Virus record (IMG/VR): IMGVR_UViG_3300036762_000188
Source: a virus
Taxonomy: Duplodnaviria > Caudoviricetes
Length of the DNA: 64,000 bases
Direction: 5' to 3' (one strand)
Shown here: positions 17,376 to 27,297 of the stretch, piece by piece
How the letters are laid out: each line of letters begins with the position of its first letter
Numbering within the stretch: position 1 is the first letter of the stretch
The notes under the pieces: model-generated
Told to the model about the DNA's origin: nothing
Database searches by the model: none
What the model saw: the letters and a program-made list of their open reading frames with translations, nothing else
Translations under genes and position numbers: made by a program

Positions 17376-18475
17376 TGGAAACCCTTATGATGGCATGGCC
17401 GTTCCTGGCTATCTTAGCTGCAGGTTATATTCTAAAGTATAGCTGTGACAGCTTCGAAGGTTCTGCCGGCTATCTAGGGCGTAACATGGCACCCGGTATT
17501 AAGGGTGCCACTGTCAATGCCGTAGGTAGTAGTATGCCGGAGTTATTCTCCGTGGTAGCCTGTCTATTCTTCTTTAACGACCCGCAGATGTTTGCAGTAG
17601 GCTTAGGTATTACTGCTGGTTCTGCTATATTTAATGGTTGTATCATCCCAGCTCTAAGTATTCTATGGGCCCGAGATTCTAAAGGCAAACCTGTAGATAA
17701 AATAGTGCTGGATCGTAACTCCCTGCTACGTGATATCTTCTGGGTATTACTAGCCGAGATATCTCTAGTTATCCTGTTAGGGTTCAATGATCTTACCATC
17801 TGGGGTGCCGTAGCTCTTAACGCGATCTACGTAGGGTACGCCTTTCACTTATACTGGGATAGCCGTGGTACCCCGAGTGAATCTGACTACGAGGAGGAGC
17901 TTATGGATGATAAGGGTGTAGTAGGCAATTTACTGACCTTCAACCTTAACGGATTGATGTTCGGCAATAGTAGTTATACAGCTCGCTCAGCCCTATTCGT
18001 CCTGCTAGGTAGTGTAGTGGTAATCGCCGCGGCATCACATCTGCTAGTAGAAGGGATCGTCGGTATACCGGCAGTGGTAGAGGCTACTACAGGTTGGGTA
18101 CTACCTAACTTCTTCGTAGGCCTAGTACTAGGTGCTGCAGCGTCGTCTGTCCCAGATCTCATCCTGTCCGTCAAGGATGCTCGTAAGGGTAATGGAATGG
18201 ACGCCGTGTCTAATCCGCTAGCCTCTAATACTTTCGATACTACCATATCCATAGGCCTGCCTTTACTGGCATGGTTGCTGTGGACCGGTGCCAATGGTAT
18301 AGAGCTTACTCAAGGTGAAGGTCTTACTGAGCTACGTATGTCTATCATAGCGGTTACGATCGCAGTGGCAGCATCACTACTCTTTAAGTACAAGGCAGTT
18401 ACACGCGGTGTAGCATGGACCCTACTCAGCATCTATGCTGGCTGGGTAGCCTTCGCTGTAATGCTTATGAGTTGA
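17375..18475 (+). CDS. Ca2+:cation antiporter (CaCA/YrbG-like)
   Basis: Alpha-1 GSSMPE...GSAIFN and alpha-2 ASSVPD...ASNTFD repeats; about 10 TM segments. Confidence 0.9.
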   Translation: METLMMAWPFLAILAAGYILKYSCDSFEGSAGYLGRNMAPGIKGATVNAVGSSMPELFSVVACLFFFNDPQMFAVGLGITAGSAIFNGCIIPALSILWARDSKGKPVDKIVLDRNSLLRDIFWVLLAEISLVILLGFNDLTIWGAVALNAIYVGYAFHLYWDSRGTPSESDYEEELMDDKGVVGNLLTFNLNGLMFGNSSYTARSALFVLLGSVVVIAAASHLLVEGIVGIPAVVEATTGWVLPNFFVGLVLGAAASSVPDLILSVKDARKGNGMDAVSNPLASNTFDTTISIGLPLLAWLLWTGANGIELTQGEGLTELRMSIIAVTIAVAASLLFKYKAVTRGVAWTLLSIYAGWVAFAVMLMS

Positions 18476-18485
18476 CTATGTGAAT

Positions 18486-18517
18486 TATTCCTGGTAGGGT
18501 ATACTCTACCAGGAATA
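18486..18517 (+). terminator. long hairpin after the antiporter gene
   Basis: TATTCCTGGTAG/CTACCAGGAATA 12-bp stem; no T run. Confidence 0.5.
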
Positions 18518-18531
18518 TCTCAGGAGAGATT

Positions 18532-18930
18532 ATGATAGTAGATAAAGGACATGTCTTACACCCTCTGAGGGAGATAACTCTAGATGAGATAGTGTACCCT
18601 ACCGCAGTACACGCTATATGCATAGCTAATCTATATCTAAATAAGGTTAATATCGAGTATCCCGAGGAGTTTCAAGCGGAAACACTTCTGGATATGTGTG
18701 ACTTCACTACAGAGGAATGGAATAGCAAAGCGTTCAATATAGTATCACGCGTGGTGCACGCTTTTTTTAATTGTTACGGCGATGAACTACAGCAGTACTC
18801 TGAGGAGATGCTAGAGGGCGTTATCACTCTGGACGTGGGGTCTAAGATAGGTATGATTGAAGAAGGTGAGAGTTTACGTGGGGCTAATTATTGGGGCAGG
18901 GTAATAAAAATATACTTGGAGAATATATGA
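18532..18930 (+). CDS. hypothetical protein
   Basis: AGGAG RBS; 132 aa. Confidence 0.65.
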   Translation: MIVDKGHVLHPLREITLDEIVYPTAVHAICIANLYLNKVNIEYPEEFQAETLLDMCDFTTEEWNSKAFNIVSRVVHAFFNCYGDELQQYSEEMLEGVITLDVGSKIGMIEEGESLRGANYWGRVIKIYLENI

Positions 18931-19547
18931 GATATAATGAAGATGGCACTAAGATGTTACCGGCAGCCTTTATCATAGGCATACACGTGGTGCTACTACT
19001 GTCAGGTATGTTATTTGGCGGTCTTATTCTTAATTCCGTAGAGAACACGGCTGAAGGCTCTATGATTCACTCAGAGTTCGATGGGGTGTGGACGGTGTTT
19101 ATGACTATGACTACCATAGGCTTCGGCGACTTCTACCCGGTTACCGCGTTAGGAAGGCTAGTAGTTATGGTATCGTTCTTCTTCGGTGCCTATAATGTTG
19201 GCGTTATAATAAACACTATGGTATCTAGAATTGGTAATAAGGACTCGTCTAATGACTTCCTAATGAGGAGTATCGCAGAGCTGCTTCGTAAGATGGAGGC
19301 TATGGAGTCATGCATGGAGTACAGTAATAAGGAGCATCATCTAGATGCTATACTTCTAGAGTCCTCTTATAAATCTGATCAGGTGACAGGTAGGATAGCC
19401 CTGGGTCGCGATTCCTCAGGGCTGCACATAGTCAGTATATACGGTACTGCAGACTCAGGGGATTTCAACCGCTGGATACCGTGTACCGGATATCTTGATG
19501 CCTTACGTAGGTATCGCACTATTATTAAAGATCCGAACCTCGTTTAG
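18927..19547 (+). CDS. two-TM potassium channel
   Basis: W..FMTMTTIGFGDFYPVTALGR selectivity filter between two TM helices; ATGA overlap start. Confidence 0.92.
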   Translation: MRYNEDGTKMLPAAFIIGIHVVLLLSGMLFGGLILNSVENTAEGSMIHSEFDGVWTVFMTMTTIGFGDFYPVTALGRLVVMVSFFFGAYNVGVIINTMVSRIGNKDSSNDFLMRSIAELLRKMEAMESCMEYSNKEHHLDAILLESSYKSDQVTGRIALGRDSSGLHIVSIYGTADSGDFNRWIPCTGYLDALRRYRTIIKDPNLV

Positions 19548-19956
19548 TACGCTCCTCTAGTTTACCGACTATAATAGCTAGACCATTATTAGTCTTGATA
19601 AGCTCAGAGGTGCTAGTAGACAGTAGATTAACTGCGTCAGCTAGGTTTTCAAGAGCCGTGATGGATCTGGCTGACGCTACTTCTAGTGCGTTTACCTTTA
19701 TCTCCATAGCTATCAATCTACTACTCTGCCTCTCTACCCTCTTATCCATCTCCTGCATATTAACTACTACAGTATTCGTGTTGTCTATAGCTTTTTTTAG
19801 CTCCTGCGCATTTGTCTCAAGTATAGCTAATCGATTACCCTGAACTGCTAGAGTCTTCTCTGTCACTATCCACGCACCGCCTAGGCTCATAACCAAGGTG
19901 ATCAGTGCTGTTACCAACGCGACTAGGAGGCTTTTATCCATCTGTATATCTGCCAT
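19525..19956 (-). CDS. membrane-anchored coiled-coil protein, possibly lysis-related
   Basis: N-terminal TM helix then long heptad pattern; AAGGAG RBS. Confidence 0.6.
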   Translation of the reverse strand: MADIQMDKSLLVALVTALITLVMSLGGAWIVTEKTLAVQGNRLAILETNAQELKKAIDNTNTVVVNMQEMDKRVERQSSRLIAMEIKVNALEVASARSITALENLADAVNLLSTSTSELIKTNNGLAIIVGKLEERTKRGSDL

Positions 19957-20012
19957 GCATTACTCCTTGTCTGTACTTTTATTTTACTAAAATAATGGTA
20001 AAGGAGATCTAT

Positions 20013-20339
20013 ATGCAACATCCGATTATATCAACAAATAGCCTGACTATAGATGGCTCTCTACTTACGCCAGCATACATGGCACCTTTTCGACCTAAAT
20101 ATGGGCACGAAATAACTTACGGAGAGGCATACTTATCCAACACACAGATCGATCATCTAAATAATCTAGCTAAGCGTTATGGATTTAGGGATGCAGCAGA
20201 GGTGGATGAGATCCGGTCACGTCAAGTACGAACAGGGCTAACACTTATAGAGAGGATACGGGGAGTACCTAGTAAAGTGGTTAGTGACTACAATAGACCT
20301 ATTAATATAGCGAGAGATTTATGGGCGCGGGAAATTTAA
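20013..20339 (+). CDS. small protein sharing the tape-measure N-terminal motif
   Basis: AAGGAG RBS; IDGSLLTPAYMAPFRPKY. Confidence 0.7.
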   Translation: MQHPIISTNSLTIDGSLLTPAYMAPFRPKYGHEITYGEAYLSNTQIDHLNNLAKRYGFRDAAEVDEIRSRQVRTGLTLIERIRGVPSKVVSDYNRPINIARDLWAREI

Positions 20340-21697
20340 AGGAACACCAGCAGAGAGTGGTGGATAACGAGAGTAAGGTTGTATACCACGGGCTAGGCTC
20401 GGGTAAGACCCTTATCGGTCTTACTGAACTGGCCCGGGCGGCTAAGAATGGCGGTAGAGGTATCTTCGTAGCACCTACGTCTCTCGTCAATAACGCCCGT
20501 AAGGAGATAGCCAAGCATAACATAGACATAGGCGACGGTGTCATAGTCAGTCCGACTAAGCTAATGCTTAACCCCGATGATTATAAGGATAACTATGACG
20601 TTATGGTCATAGACGAAGCGCACGCCATGCGTAATCCCGGTAAGAAGACTTCCGTACTAAAGAGTATACGTAACGATTCTGCACGTATCATCCCTATGAC
20701 AGCCTCTGCTATGTACAACGATGTATCTGATATAGCACCTCTAGTCAATCTAGTGGCCGGAGATAAGCTATTACCTGAGACCAGGGGTGAGTTTTATGGT
20801 AGATACGTTAAGACCGTAGATGATCCATTTACATTGGGTAATATTATAGGTAAAGCCCGCGGCGTACACTATGATATAGCTCGTAAGGGAGAATTGCGTA
20901 AGGTACTGAATTCTTTTGTAGATAGACATGATACTGATAAAGGTCCCGAGTTCCCTACTACTACGGAAGAGACTATAGCAGTGCCGATGTCAGAGCATCA
21001 GCAGAAAGTATACGATTATGCTATGAGTGCCATACCATCTGATATACGCGCTAAGGTTAACTCTGGAGTAGCACTAGATGCTAAGCAGGTAGCTAAGTTA
21101 CAGGTATTCATGACAGGCCCTCGCATGGCAGCACTATCCTCTGCATATATAGATAAGAGTAGAGATGATAGCGCTAAGATAGATGCTGCCGTAGGCAGAG
21201 TAGTCGCTAGATCAGAGGAGCCTAATTTTAAAGCCCTGGTGTATTCTAACTTCATCGAAGGTGGCTTAGAGCCATATGCACGTAGGCTTGAAGAGAATGG
21301 TCTAGGAGATAAGTATCAGATATTCAAAGGCGGATTATCCTCTAAAAAGCGTGATGAGATAATCTCTTCTTATAATAATGGGGATAAACCGATACTACTA
21401 GTGTCTTCTGCAGGTTCAGAGGGTCTAGATCTTAAGGGTACTCGAGTAACACAGGTTCTAGAACCTCACTTTAACGAAGAGAAGATCAAGCAGGTTATAG
21501 GACGTAGTGCACGATATATGTCTCATACACATCTGCCAGAAGATCAACGTAATGTCCACGTAGAGAAGTATATATCGGTTACTAGGCCGACTATGTGGAG
21601 CGCCAGTAAGCCCACCGTAGACGGTACTATATCTGCGTCTGCGGGTATTAAAAATGATTTAATAAATAAGGTAAAAGCCCTGATACGTAACCAATGA
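20321..21697 (+). CDS. SNF2-like superfamily 2 helicase
   Basis: HGLGSGKT, DEAH, MTAS, GSEGLDL, QVIGRSAR. Confidence 0.92.
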   Translation: MGAGNLKEHQQRVVDNESKVVYHGLGSGKTLIGLTELARAAKNGGRGIFVAPTSLVNNARKEIAKHNIDIGDGVIVSPTKLMLNPDDYKDNYDVMVIDEAHAMRNPGKKTSVLKSIRNDSARIIPMTASAMYNDVSDIAPLVNLVAGDKLLPETRGEFYGRYVKTVDDPFTLGNIIGKARGVHYDIARKGELRKVLNSFVDRHDTDKGPEFPTTTEETIAVPMSEHQQKVYDYAMSAIPSDIRAKVNSGVALDAKQVAKLQVFMTGPRMAALSSAYIDKSRDDSAKIDAAVGRVVARSEEPNFKALVYSNFIEGGLEPYARRLEENGLGDKYQIFKGGLSSKKRDEIISSYNNGDKPILLVSSAGSEGLDLKGTRVTQVLEPHFNEEKIKQVIGRSARYMSHTHLPEDQRNVHVEKYISVTRPTMWSASKPTVDGTISASAGIKNDLINKVKALIRNQ

Positions 21698-21698
21698 T

Positions 21699-21708
21699 GT
21701 TATAAGTA
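21699..21708 (+). promoter_or_regulatory. GTTATAAGTA motif
   Basis: Occupies the 27-bp gap ahead of the ORF at 21725. Confidence 0.6.
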
Positions 21709-21724
21709 TTAAAAGGGGATTATT

Positions 21725-22024
21725 ATGAAGAAATTAATTATAGCCGCACTACTGCTGTGCACTCAGGTGCACGCAGATGACTACGATAATTATGGATATT
21801 ATCCTGGATACTTGGTATGGGCTTATCAGAACTGTAAGACGAATATAACCAGGCCCGTTGTAGTACTTTATATGAAGGAGGCTACCCAAAGGTTCCCTAC
21901 TGATGAGGAGTTCTACAGACTAAAAGTATTCCAGATGGAATATTTAGACAGGATATCCAAAGAGATAGGCATGCGCACTGTATGCCTAGTCTTTGAGGAT
22001 AGTTATTTCGGAGGAGGCTTATAG
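21725..22024 (+). CDS. exported hypothetical protein
   Basis: Signal peptide MKKLIIAALLLCTQVHA. Confidence 0.7.
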   Translation: MKKLIIAALLLCTQVHADDYDNYGYYPGYLVWAYQNCKTNITRPVVVLYMKEATQRFPTDEEFYRLKVFQMEYLDRISKEIGMRTVCLVFEDSYFGGGL

Positions 22025-22036
22025 CCTCCTTTTTTT
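22012..22036 (+). terminator. terminator between convergent genes
   Basis: AGGAGGCT-TAT-AGCCTCCT plus T run. Confidence 0.8.
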
Positions 22037-23639
22037 AGATAAAGAACTTCTCTGTAGTATAACTAGAATCGCCTAGAGCAATAAAACCTGCAGGCTTAGC
22101 GGCTACGAAAGACGCATCATCTGTGATGAGCTTAATACTAACTCCTGACGGCGCGTCATTCATAGTAGACAGCAATAGTACAGGTATAGTACCTAATGGA
22201 CTAGTTAAGACTACATCTAGAGCAGGGTCTACTGGGTATGCATCCTCGTGGAGTACATCACCGTATATAGTCAAGGTGCTAGTAGTAGGGTCGTACGCGT
22301 ATCCTAATCTCACATTAGAGTCTATTAACTCAGCAGACATCATATATGGGTTAGAAGGATCAGTAGCCAGCTGCGTTATACAATACTCTAGCGGCAATCC
22401 TACATTGATATAACTACCTGCTACGTCCGAGCTTAGTATCAGATCTGCCGCCGATACATTCAATCCTACTATCACAGATAGTATAACTGTTATATCTTCC
22501 TTAGCTATGTCTATCTCGAAATACACTGGCTCAGTTATATTCGTAAGATTAATACCTGCAGAGGCACCTGACATATCCACTGTAGCATCGAAGTATACTT
22601 CATTGTATCCAGCGGCAATAGTACCTATAGTCATACTCGCCTCTCCTAACAGGCTATCGACTGCAGGCACAGCTTCAAATAAAGCTAGCACCTCAAGAGG
22701 GTCGACTACAGGGTAATCATCAGGGTTTAAAGGATCGCTCCCTACAGCTATCTCACCTGTGTCACTATATCCATCTCCATCCGAATCTACCAGGGTATAC
22801 ACGACCTCTCTCATCAAGTACTTACCTGATAATCCATACTCCGTGCCATCTACTTCGTAGACTATAGAAGTTCCATTAGTAGCGAACATATTAGCCTTTG
22901 CCGCCGATATATGTATTAGACCACTTCTATCATAAGATAAGATCTTAGCGTCTTCTTTAAAAGATAACACCCAGTCGAAGCTGTCGGATACCTCTGCTCT
23001 ACCCGGTCCTTTAACGCTGTGTATAAGTTCTCCGTCACGATCATCGTAGTATAGGGTATTACTATCGTTACTACGATATACTACCTTATAATCATCGTCT
23101 CCTATAACTCGTACCTGAGCTAGCGATCCTGTTATAGTGCGCACCGGTAAATAACTAGTACCTATACGTCTGTATAGCTTGAGATCGGTCTCGTTGATCA
23201 AGGCCAATAAAGTGCCACCGTCTGATATTATCGCTCTCTGATAGTCATCAGTAGGTGTTACGAAAGTTCCAACTACACTGAAGTCACTATTATTGTACAT
23301 AGTATGAGTTCCAGCACCCATGACTATGGTATAATTAGCCGACATACTAGTAAATAATCCAGTACTACCTACCTGCACGCCATCTATGTATGCCACGCCA
23401 CCGCTATGATACAGTACGCTGTCACTACCTAGATACACCGCGTCATCTACTTCGATAGGATAGGTAGCTATCACATTAAAGTCTAAATCATATAAGTAGA
23501 GAGAAGTATCCCATGTCAGTATACGGTTTGAGTATACCTTTATACCACGGGTGTTGCGTGAGCCTATACTCACGCTTTTCTTAGTGTCCATCACCGTCAG
23601 CGCTTCCACTGCCGACACTCTGTTATAGCTATCCATCAT
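22035..23639 (-). CDS. putative tail/receptor-binding protein, beta-rich with an acidic Ca-binding repeat
   Basis: Last gene of the fibre operon; DSDGDGYSD..E...GSDPLNPDD. Confidence 0.6.
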   Translation of the reverse strand: MMDSYNRVSAVEALTVMDTKKSVSIGSRNTRGIKVYSNRILTWDTSLYLYDLDFNVIATYPIEVDDAVYLGSDSVLYHSGGVAYIDGVQVGSTGLFTSMSANYTIVMGAGTHTMYNNSDFSVVGTFVTPTDDYQRAIISDGGTLLALINETDLKLYRRIGTSYLPVRTITGSLAQVRVIGDDDYKVVYRSNDSNTLYYDDRDGELIHSVKGPGRAEVSDSFDWVLSFKEDAKILSYDRSGLIHISAAKANMFATNGTSIVYEVDGTEYGLSGKYLMREVVYTLVDSDGDGYSDTGEIAVGSDPLNPDDYPVVDPLEVLALFEAVPAVDSLLGEASMTIGTIAAGYNEVYFDATVDMSGASAGINLTNITEPVYFEIDIAKEDITVILSVIVGLNVSAADLILSSDVAGSYINVGLPLEYCITQLATDPSNPYMMSAELIDSNVRLGYAYDPTTSTLTIYGDVLHEDAYPVDPALDVVLTSPLGTIPVLLLSTMNDAPSGVSIKLITDDASFVAAKPAGFIALGDSSYTTEKFFI

Positions 23640-24967
23640 TACTCCCAGTACAATAGTACATCGGTATCATATAAAAGTGGTTCAGTGTCGTAGAATACAG
23701 CCCCTTCCGTGTTAACAGTATTAGGTACTGATACACTATCTAAAGGATATACTACAGGTACATTTAACGCACTGCCGCCTATCGATTCTCTAAATTTCAC
23801 TAGAACAAACTCTCCTCCAGACAATCCTTCGATAGCCACCCTGGTGATATCGTAATCATCATTACGTGTAGCAGTGTATCCTGAAGAACTCTGCAATCTA
23901 CCATCTATGATCAATTCTATCTCACTGGCGGCTACCGGTAAGTCTATTACTAATCTACTAGCGATAGCGTATCCAGATATCTCATATAACTGACGTAAGT
24001 TACTGAGACGGTAGTATTCAGCCACAGAGTATATCTGCTCTGGAGTAAATATACGTGGGATGCTTATCTTATCTATAAGATCCTGCTCAGTAGCATCAGG
24101 TACACCTATAGTAGGTGCATCTAAACCGCCTACCTTGCGATACGCATTTATAACGCCGCGATCAGTGCTTATAGATAGTGTATTAGATACTACGGACCAT
24201 CCCGTGATAGCATAATTACCTGTCAGATTATCATCTAGTAGCCATATAGCACTCTCGTGTAGGATAGCTGGATACACACCGGAGGTATTAACCACCGGCA
24301 CTCCATTATTAACTACCCATTTCTGAATAGTCTCCCCTACATGCAACTCCTGTAGCTGCCTACTCTCGGTCTCTATGAAGTACTGGTATCCTTCTTTTAT
24401 CTTAGAGAATCTGCTACTCAGAGACTCTACCTTAGAGCCATCGTCTATAAGGTATGTATTAGGATCAGGCCACGCCGAGCGCTGACCTTGGTACACCTCT
24501 AAGGTAGTACCTGCAGGGTAACTTGTACTAAGGGTTATAGAGGATTCGCTGGTAGTGGTATAATCTCTAGGAGATGACAGCAGAGTGTTATCTGCGTTTA
24601 CGCCGCTAATGTAATACTCAGTACCCTCTGTAGTAACCTGCTGCAGATCTACTACTAACTGCCCGTCACTCAATTCTACTCTTTCAGTACGTGCCGCGGA
24701 GAAGGATATACCACCTGCAGAAGCCCTGCCTATAAGCAGTAGTTTAGCACCCTCGGCTAACGGAGTGCTTAGCGTAATACTACCATTAGAAGCTGTGTAA
24801 TCTTCAGACGCACCTGAGAAGAGGCGTATCCCATTTAGATATACCTCTTCATTATCCTGCGTGAAGGTTAGAGGGAACGTAATCTCCCCTCCTGAAGCGG
24901 TATACTGTAATCTGTCTACTATAGATCCACGATCCAAATAACTGGCTACTGTAGAACTTAAACGCAT
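23639..24967 (-). CDS. tail fibre-associated structural protein
   Basis: VYLNG.RL...DYT repeats; N-terminal half paralogous to the next gene. Confidence 0.7.
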   Translation of the reverse strand: MRLSSTVASYLDRGSIVDRLQYTASGGEITFPLTFTQDNEEVYLNGIRLFSGASEDYTASNGSITLSTPLAEGAKLLLIGRASAGGISFSAARTERVELSDGQLVVDLQQVTTEGTEYYISGVNADNTLLSSPRDYTTTSESSITLSTSYPAGTTLEVYQGQRSAWPDPNTYLIDDGSKVESLSSRFSKIKEGYQYFIETESRQLQELHVGETIQKWVVNNGVPVVNTSGVYPAILHESAIWLLDDNLTGNYAITGWSVVSNTLSISTDRGVINAYRKVGGLDAPTIGVPDATEQDLIDKISIPRIFTPEQIYSVAEYYRLSNLRQLYEISGYAIASRLVIDLPVAASEIELIIDGRLQSSSGYTATRNDDYDITRVAIEGLSGGEFVLVKFRESIGGSALNVPVVYPLDSVSVPNTVNTEGAVFYDTEPLLYDTDVLLYWE

Positions 24968-24977
24968 TTGTAACTCC

Positions 24978-26054
24978 TTAGAAGGTACTACCTTCTACTA
25001 GCCAGTCACTACCGTAGCGTACACCGCGATATACTGACAGCGGACCTGGGGTGAATGTTATAGACCAAGATGCAGGTACATTTAAAGTACCGCCTTGATC
25101 ATCCACTATAAGAGTGAATGAATCCTTAGCCGACATAGTAATATTGACAGTGGTAGCTGCTGCTATCACTATCTCAGTTATACCATCGCGTATTTCACAG
25201 TCCGTAGTGTAAGAAGCTCTTACAGGAGCTACTCTTCTGTGAAACACGTAGGTGCGCAGTACGTTATCCGTACCTCTAATTCCTAGCTCCAGAGGTTCCC
25301 CGGGCGTTATAGTCTCTATGTCACCATATATACTATAATTGTCCTGAGGGTCATAGAACACACCGTCATACAATACGGTAGTGAACACGCCGTTATCGTC
25401 CGGTATCTTATCTGTGTAGCGCTGCAGATATGTCCCGATAGTAGCAGTGGAGTAATACCGATTCTGGGCCGTCTCATAATCAGAGTCTATCATAGTAGCT
25501 GCTAGGCGGTCTGATAGACGCATATTAGTCTTACCATCATAGACTATAAAGTCATTGGGGTTAGGCCACGCAGGACGTACGCCTTGATATACTTCCAGTA
25601 CCGTCCCCGCTGCGAAGCTAGACGCCAGTGTTATAGTAGTGGGGTCTGCTATTGTATAATCAGTACCGCTTATTAACTTGCGGCTATCATTGACGTTACT
25701 TACGTATAGCTCTATACCCTCTGTAGTCAGTGAGGCTAATGATACTGTTAGCTGGCCGTTACCTAACGTAATAGTCTCAGAGGCGGAGTTAAACCCTTTA
25801 AAGTCTTGTTGGTTAGAACGCCCTATTAGGTGCACATGCTCCCCTCCTACGAGAGGGGCTGCGAATATAACCGATTCACCATTATATACGTAGTCTAATG
25901 GACTAGACTTACGTAAACCATCTAGGTAAACTTCTTCTACTCCAGGTAGTGATTTAAGCTGGAACTCCGTAGCGCCTGCCAGAGCTGTTACTACTCTGGT
26001 GTCTGTTATAGAGGACCTATTTACATAGTCCCCTGTGTATGAACTTAATCTCAT
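24978..26054 (-). CDS. tail fibre-associated structural protein
   Basis: MRLSS start, VYLDG, DYT, LEVYQG.R.AWP.PN shared with the previous gene. Confidence 0.7.
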   Translation of the reverse strand: MRLSSYTGDYVNRSSITDTRVVTALAGATEFQLKSLPGVEEVYLDGLRKSSPLDYVYNGESVIFAAPLVGGEHVHLIGRSNQQDFKGFNSASETITLGNGQLTVSLASLTTEGIELYVSNVNDSRKLISGTDYTIADPTTITLASSFAAGTVLEVYQGVRPAWPNPNDFIVYDGKTNMRLSDRLAATMIDSDYETAQNRYYSTATIGTYLQRYTDKIPDDNGVFTTVLYDGVFYDPQDNYSIYGDIETITPGEPLELGIRGTDNVLRTYVFHRRVAPVRASYTTDCEIRDGITEIVIAAATTVNITMSAKDSFTLIVDDQGGTLNVPASWSITFTPGPLSVYRGVRYGSDWLVEGSTF

Positions 26055-26064
26055 GTCTCACCTG

Positions 26065-27297
26065 TTAATATTTGTAGAATAGCACTGCGCCTACAGGGGA
26101 ATTCATAGGGTACCATGTATTAGAAGACTTACCTACGCTGAAATTAGGTAATCCTACGATTAACCCATTATCGCTCCATGCTACAAAAGCATTTTCATTA
26201 GTCTGAGTTACTCCGAAGGACGCAACGTCATTAACATCTAGCGTACCTACACTTCTGTATCCAGGGTCCTGATGTAGGTATTTACGCATTACCAGTATAC
26301 CAGACGAAGTACCCATAGCCACCGCTATAAAATCATTGTGCTTACTTATCGATACCGGATACCCAGCTGGAGGGGCTGTAGGGGCCAACACCTCGGTTAT
26401 AGTGTTAGAGGTCTCATTATATATAAATATTTTAAGAGGAGCACTATTACCGTTAGCCCCTATAATCACCTCGTCGCCATCACCTCTACCTATACAACTA
26501 AGTATTAGACCTGAGGAGCTTACATCCAGTATAGTAGTGAAAGATGATGACCCTGGTACCAATTTTCTTAAGGTAGAACCATCTATATTGTATAAATTGA
26601 CAGATGTACACTCTCCTCCGTTAACCCTTATATTATTATTAGAGGAGTATGATGCCAATACAGGTGTAGATACGAAATTTCCTGTAATACTGTAGCTGTA
26701 AGTATAACCACGACCAACTGCATATAGATAATTACCATCTCCTGATAAGTATCCCTTACTCCCATGAGCATTTAGAGTAGCAGGTTGAGCAGTGGACACT
26801 ACTCCAGATATAGTGTTATCGCTAGCTATATCGTATATCGTATAACCAAGCCCGCTAGATTCAAAGATCTTTCCGGTAACTACCATTCTAGACCCGTCGC
26901 TATTCATATGTACGCGTAGAGGGATAGGATAGTTACTAGCCAATTGAATAGACTTAACGTTACTTACTGTGCCAGTTCCTAAATCGTCGGTAGGCAGATC
27001 CCCTACATACACCGTAGTAGTAGTAGCCCACGCTACCTTAGAGCCTCTGCAACATACATCGTAACCTTTGAAATAGTTATCTACATCTAAGGCGAAAGTT
27101 CCGGTAGAGGAGTGCTCATACACTCCAGTGAACCCCTGGTTAACAGGAGCATGCATTTTACCACGTAGATCCTGTAAACTAAAAGGGTTTGATAGTGCTT
27201 GCACTGCCGCATCTGTACTAGACACGGCTGATCCTACGGGATAATCCAGTTCGTACTGAATATTCTGAAAGCTTATACTCCCTGTTTTAGCGAACAT
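26065..27297 (-). CDS. putative fibre-tip adhesin (beta-propeller-like)
   Basis: Follows the S74-chaperone fibre; N-terminal TGSISF..I..EL attachment-like segment. Confidence 0.6.
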   Translation of the reverse strand: MFAKTGSISFQNIQYELDYPVGSAVSSTDAAVQALSNPFSLQDLRGKMHAPVNQGFTGVYEHSSTGTFALDVDNYFKGYDVCCRGSKVAWATTTTVYVGDLPTDDLGTGTVSNVKSIQLASNYPIPLRVHMNSDGSRMVVTGKIFESSGLGYTIYDIASDNTISGVVSTAQPATLNAHGSKGYLSGDGNYLYAVGRGYTYSYSITGNFVSTPVLASYSSNNNIRVNGGECTSVNLYNIDGSTLRKLVPGSSSFTTILDVSSSGLILSCIGRGDGDEVIIGANGNSAPLKIFIYNETSNTITEVLAPTAPPAGYPVSISKHNDFIAVAMGTSSGILVMRKYLHQDPGYRSVGTLDVNDVASFGVTQTNENAFVAWSDNGLIVGLPNFSVGKSSNTWYPMNSPVGAVLFYKY

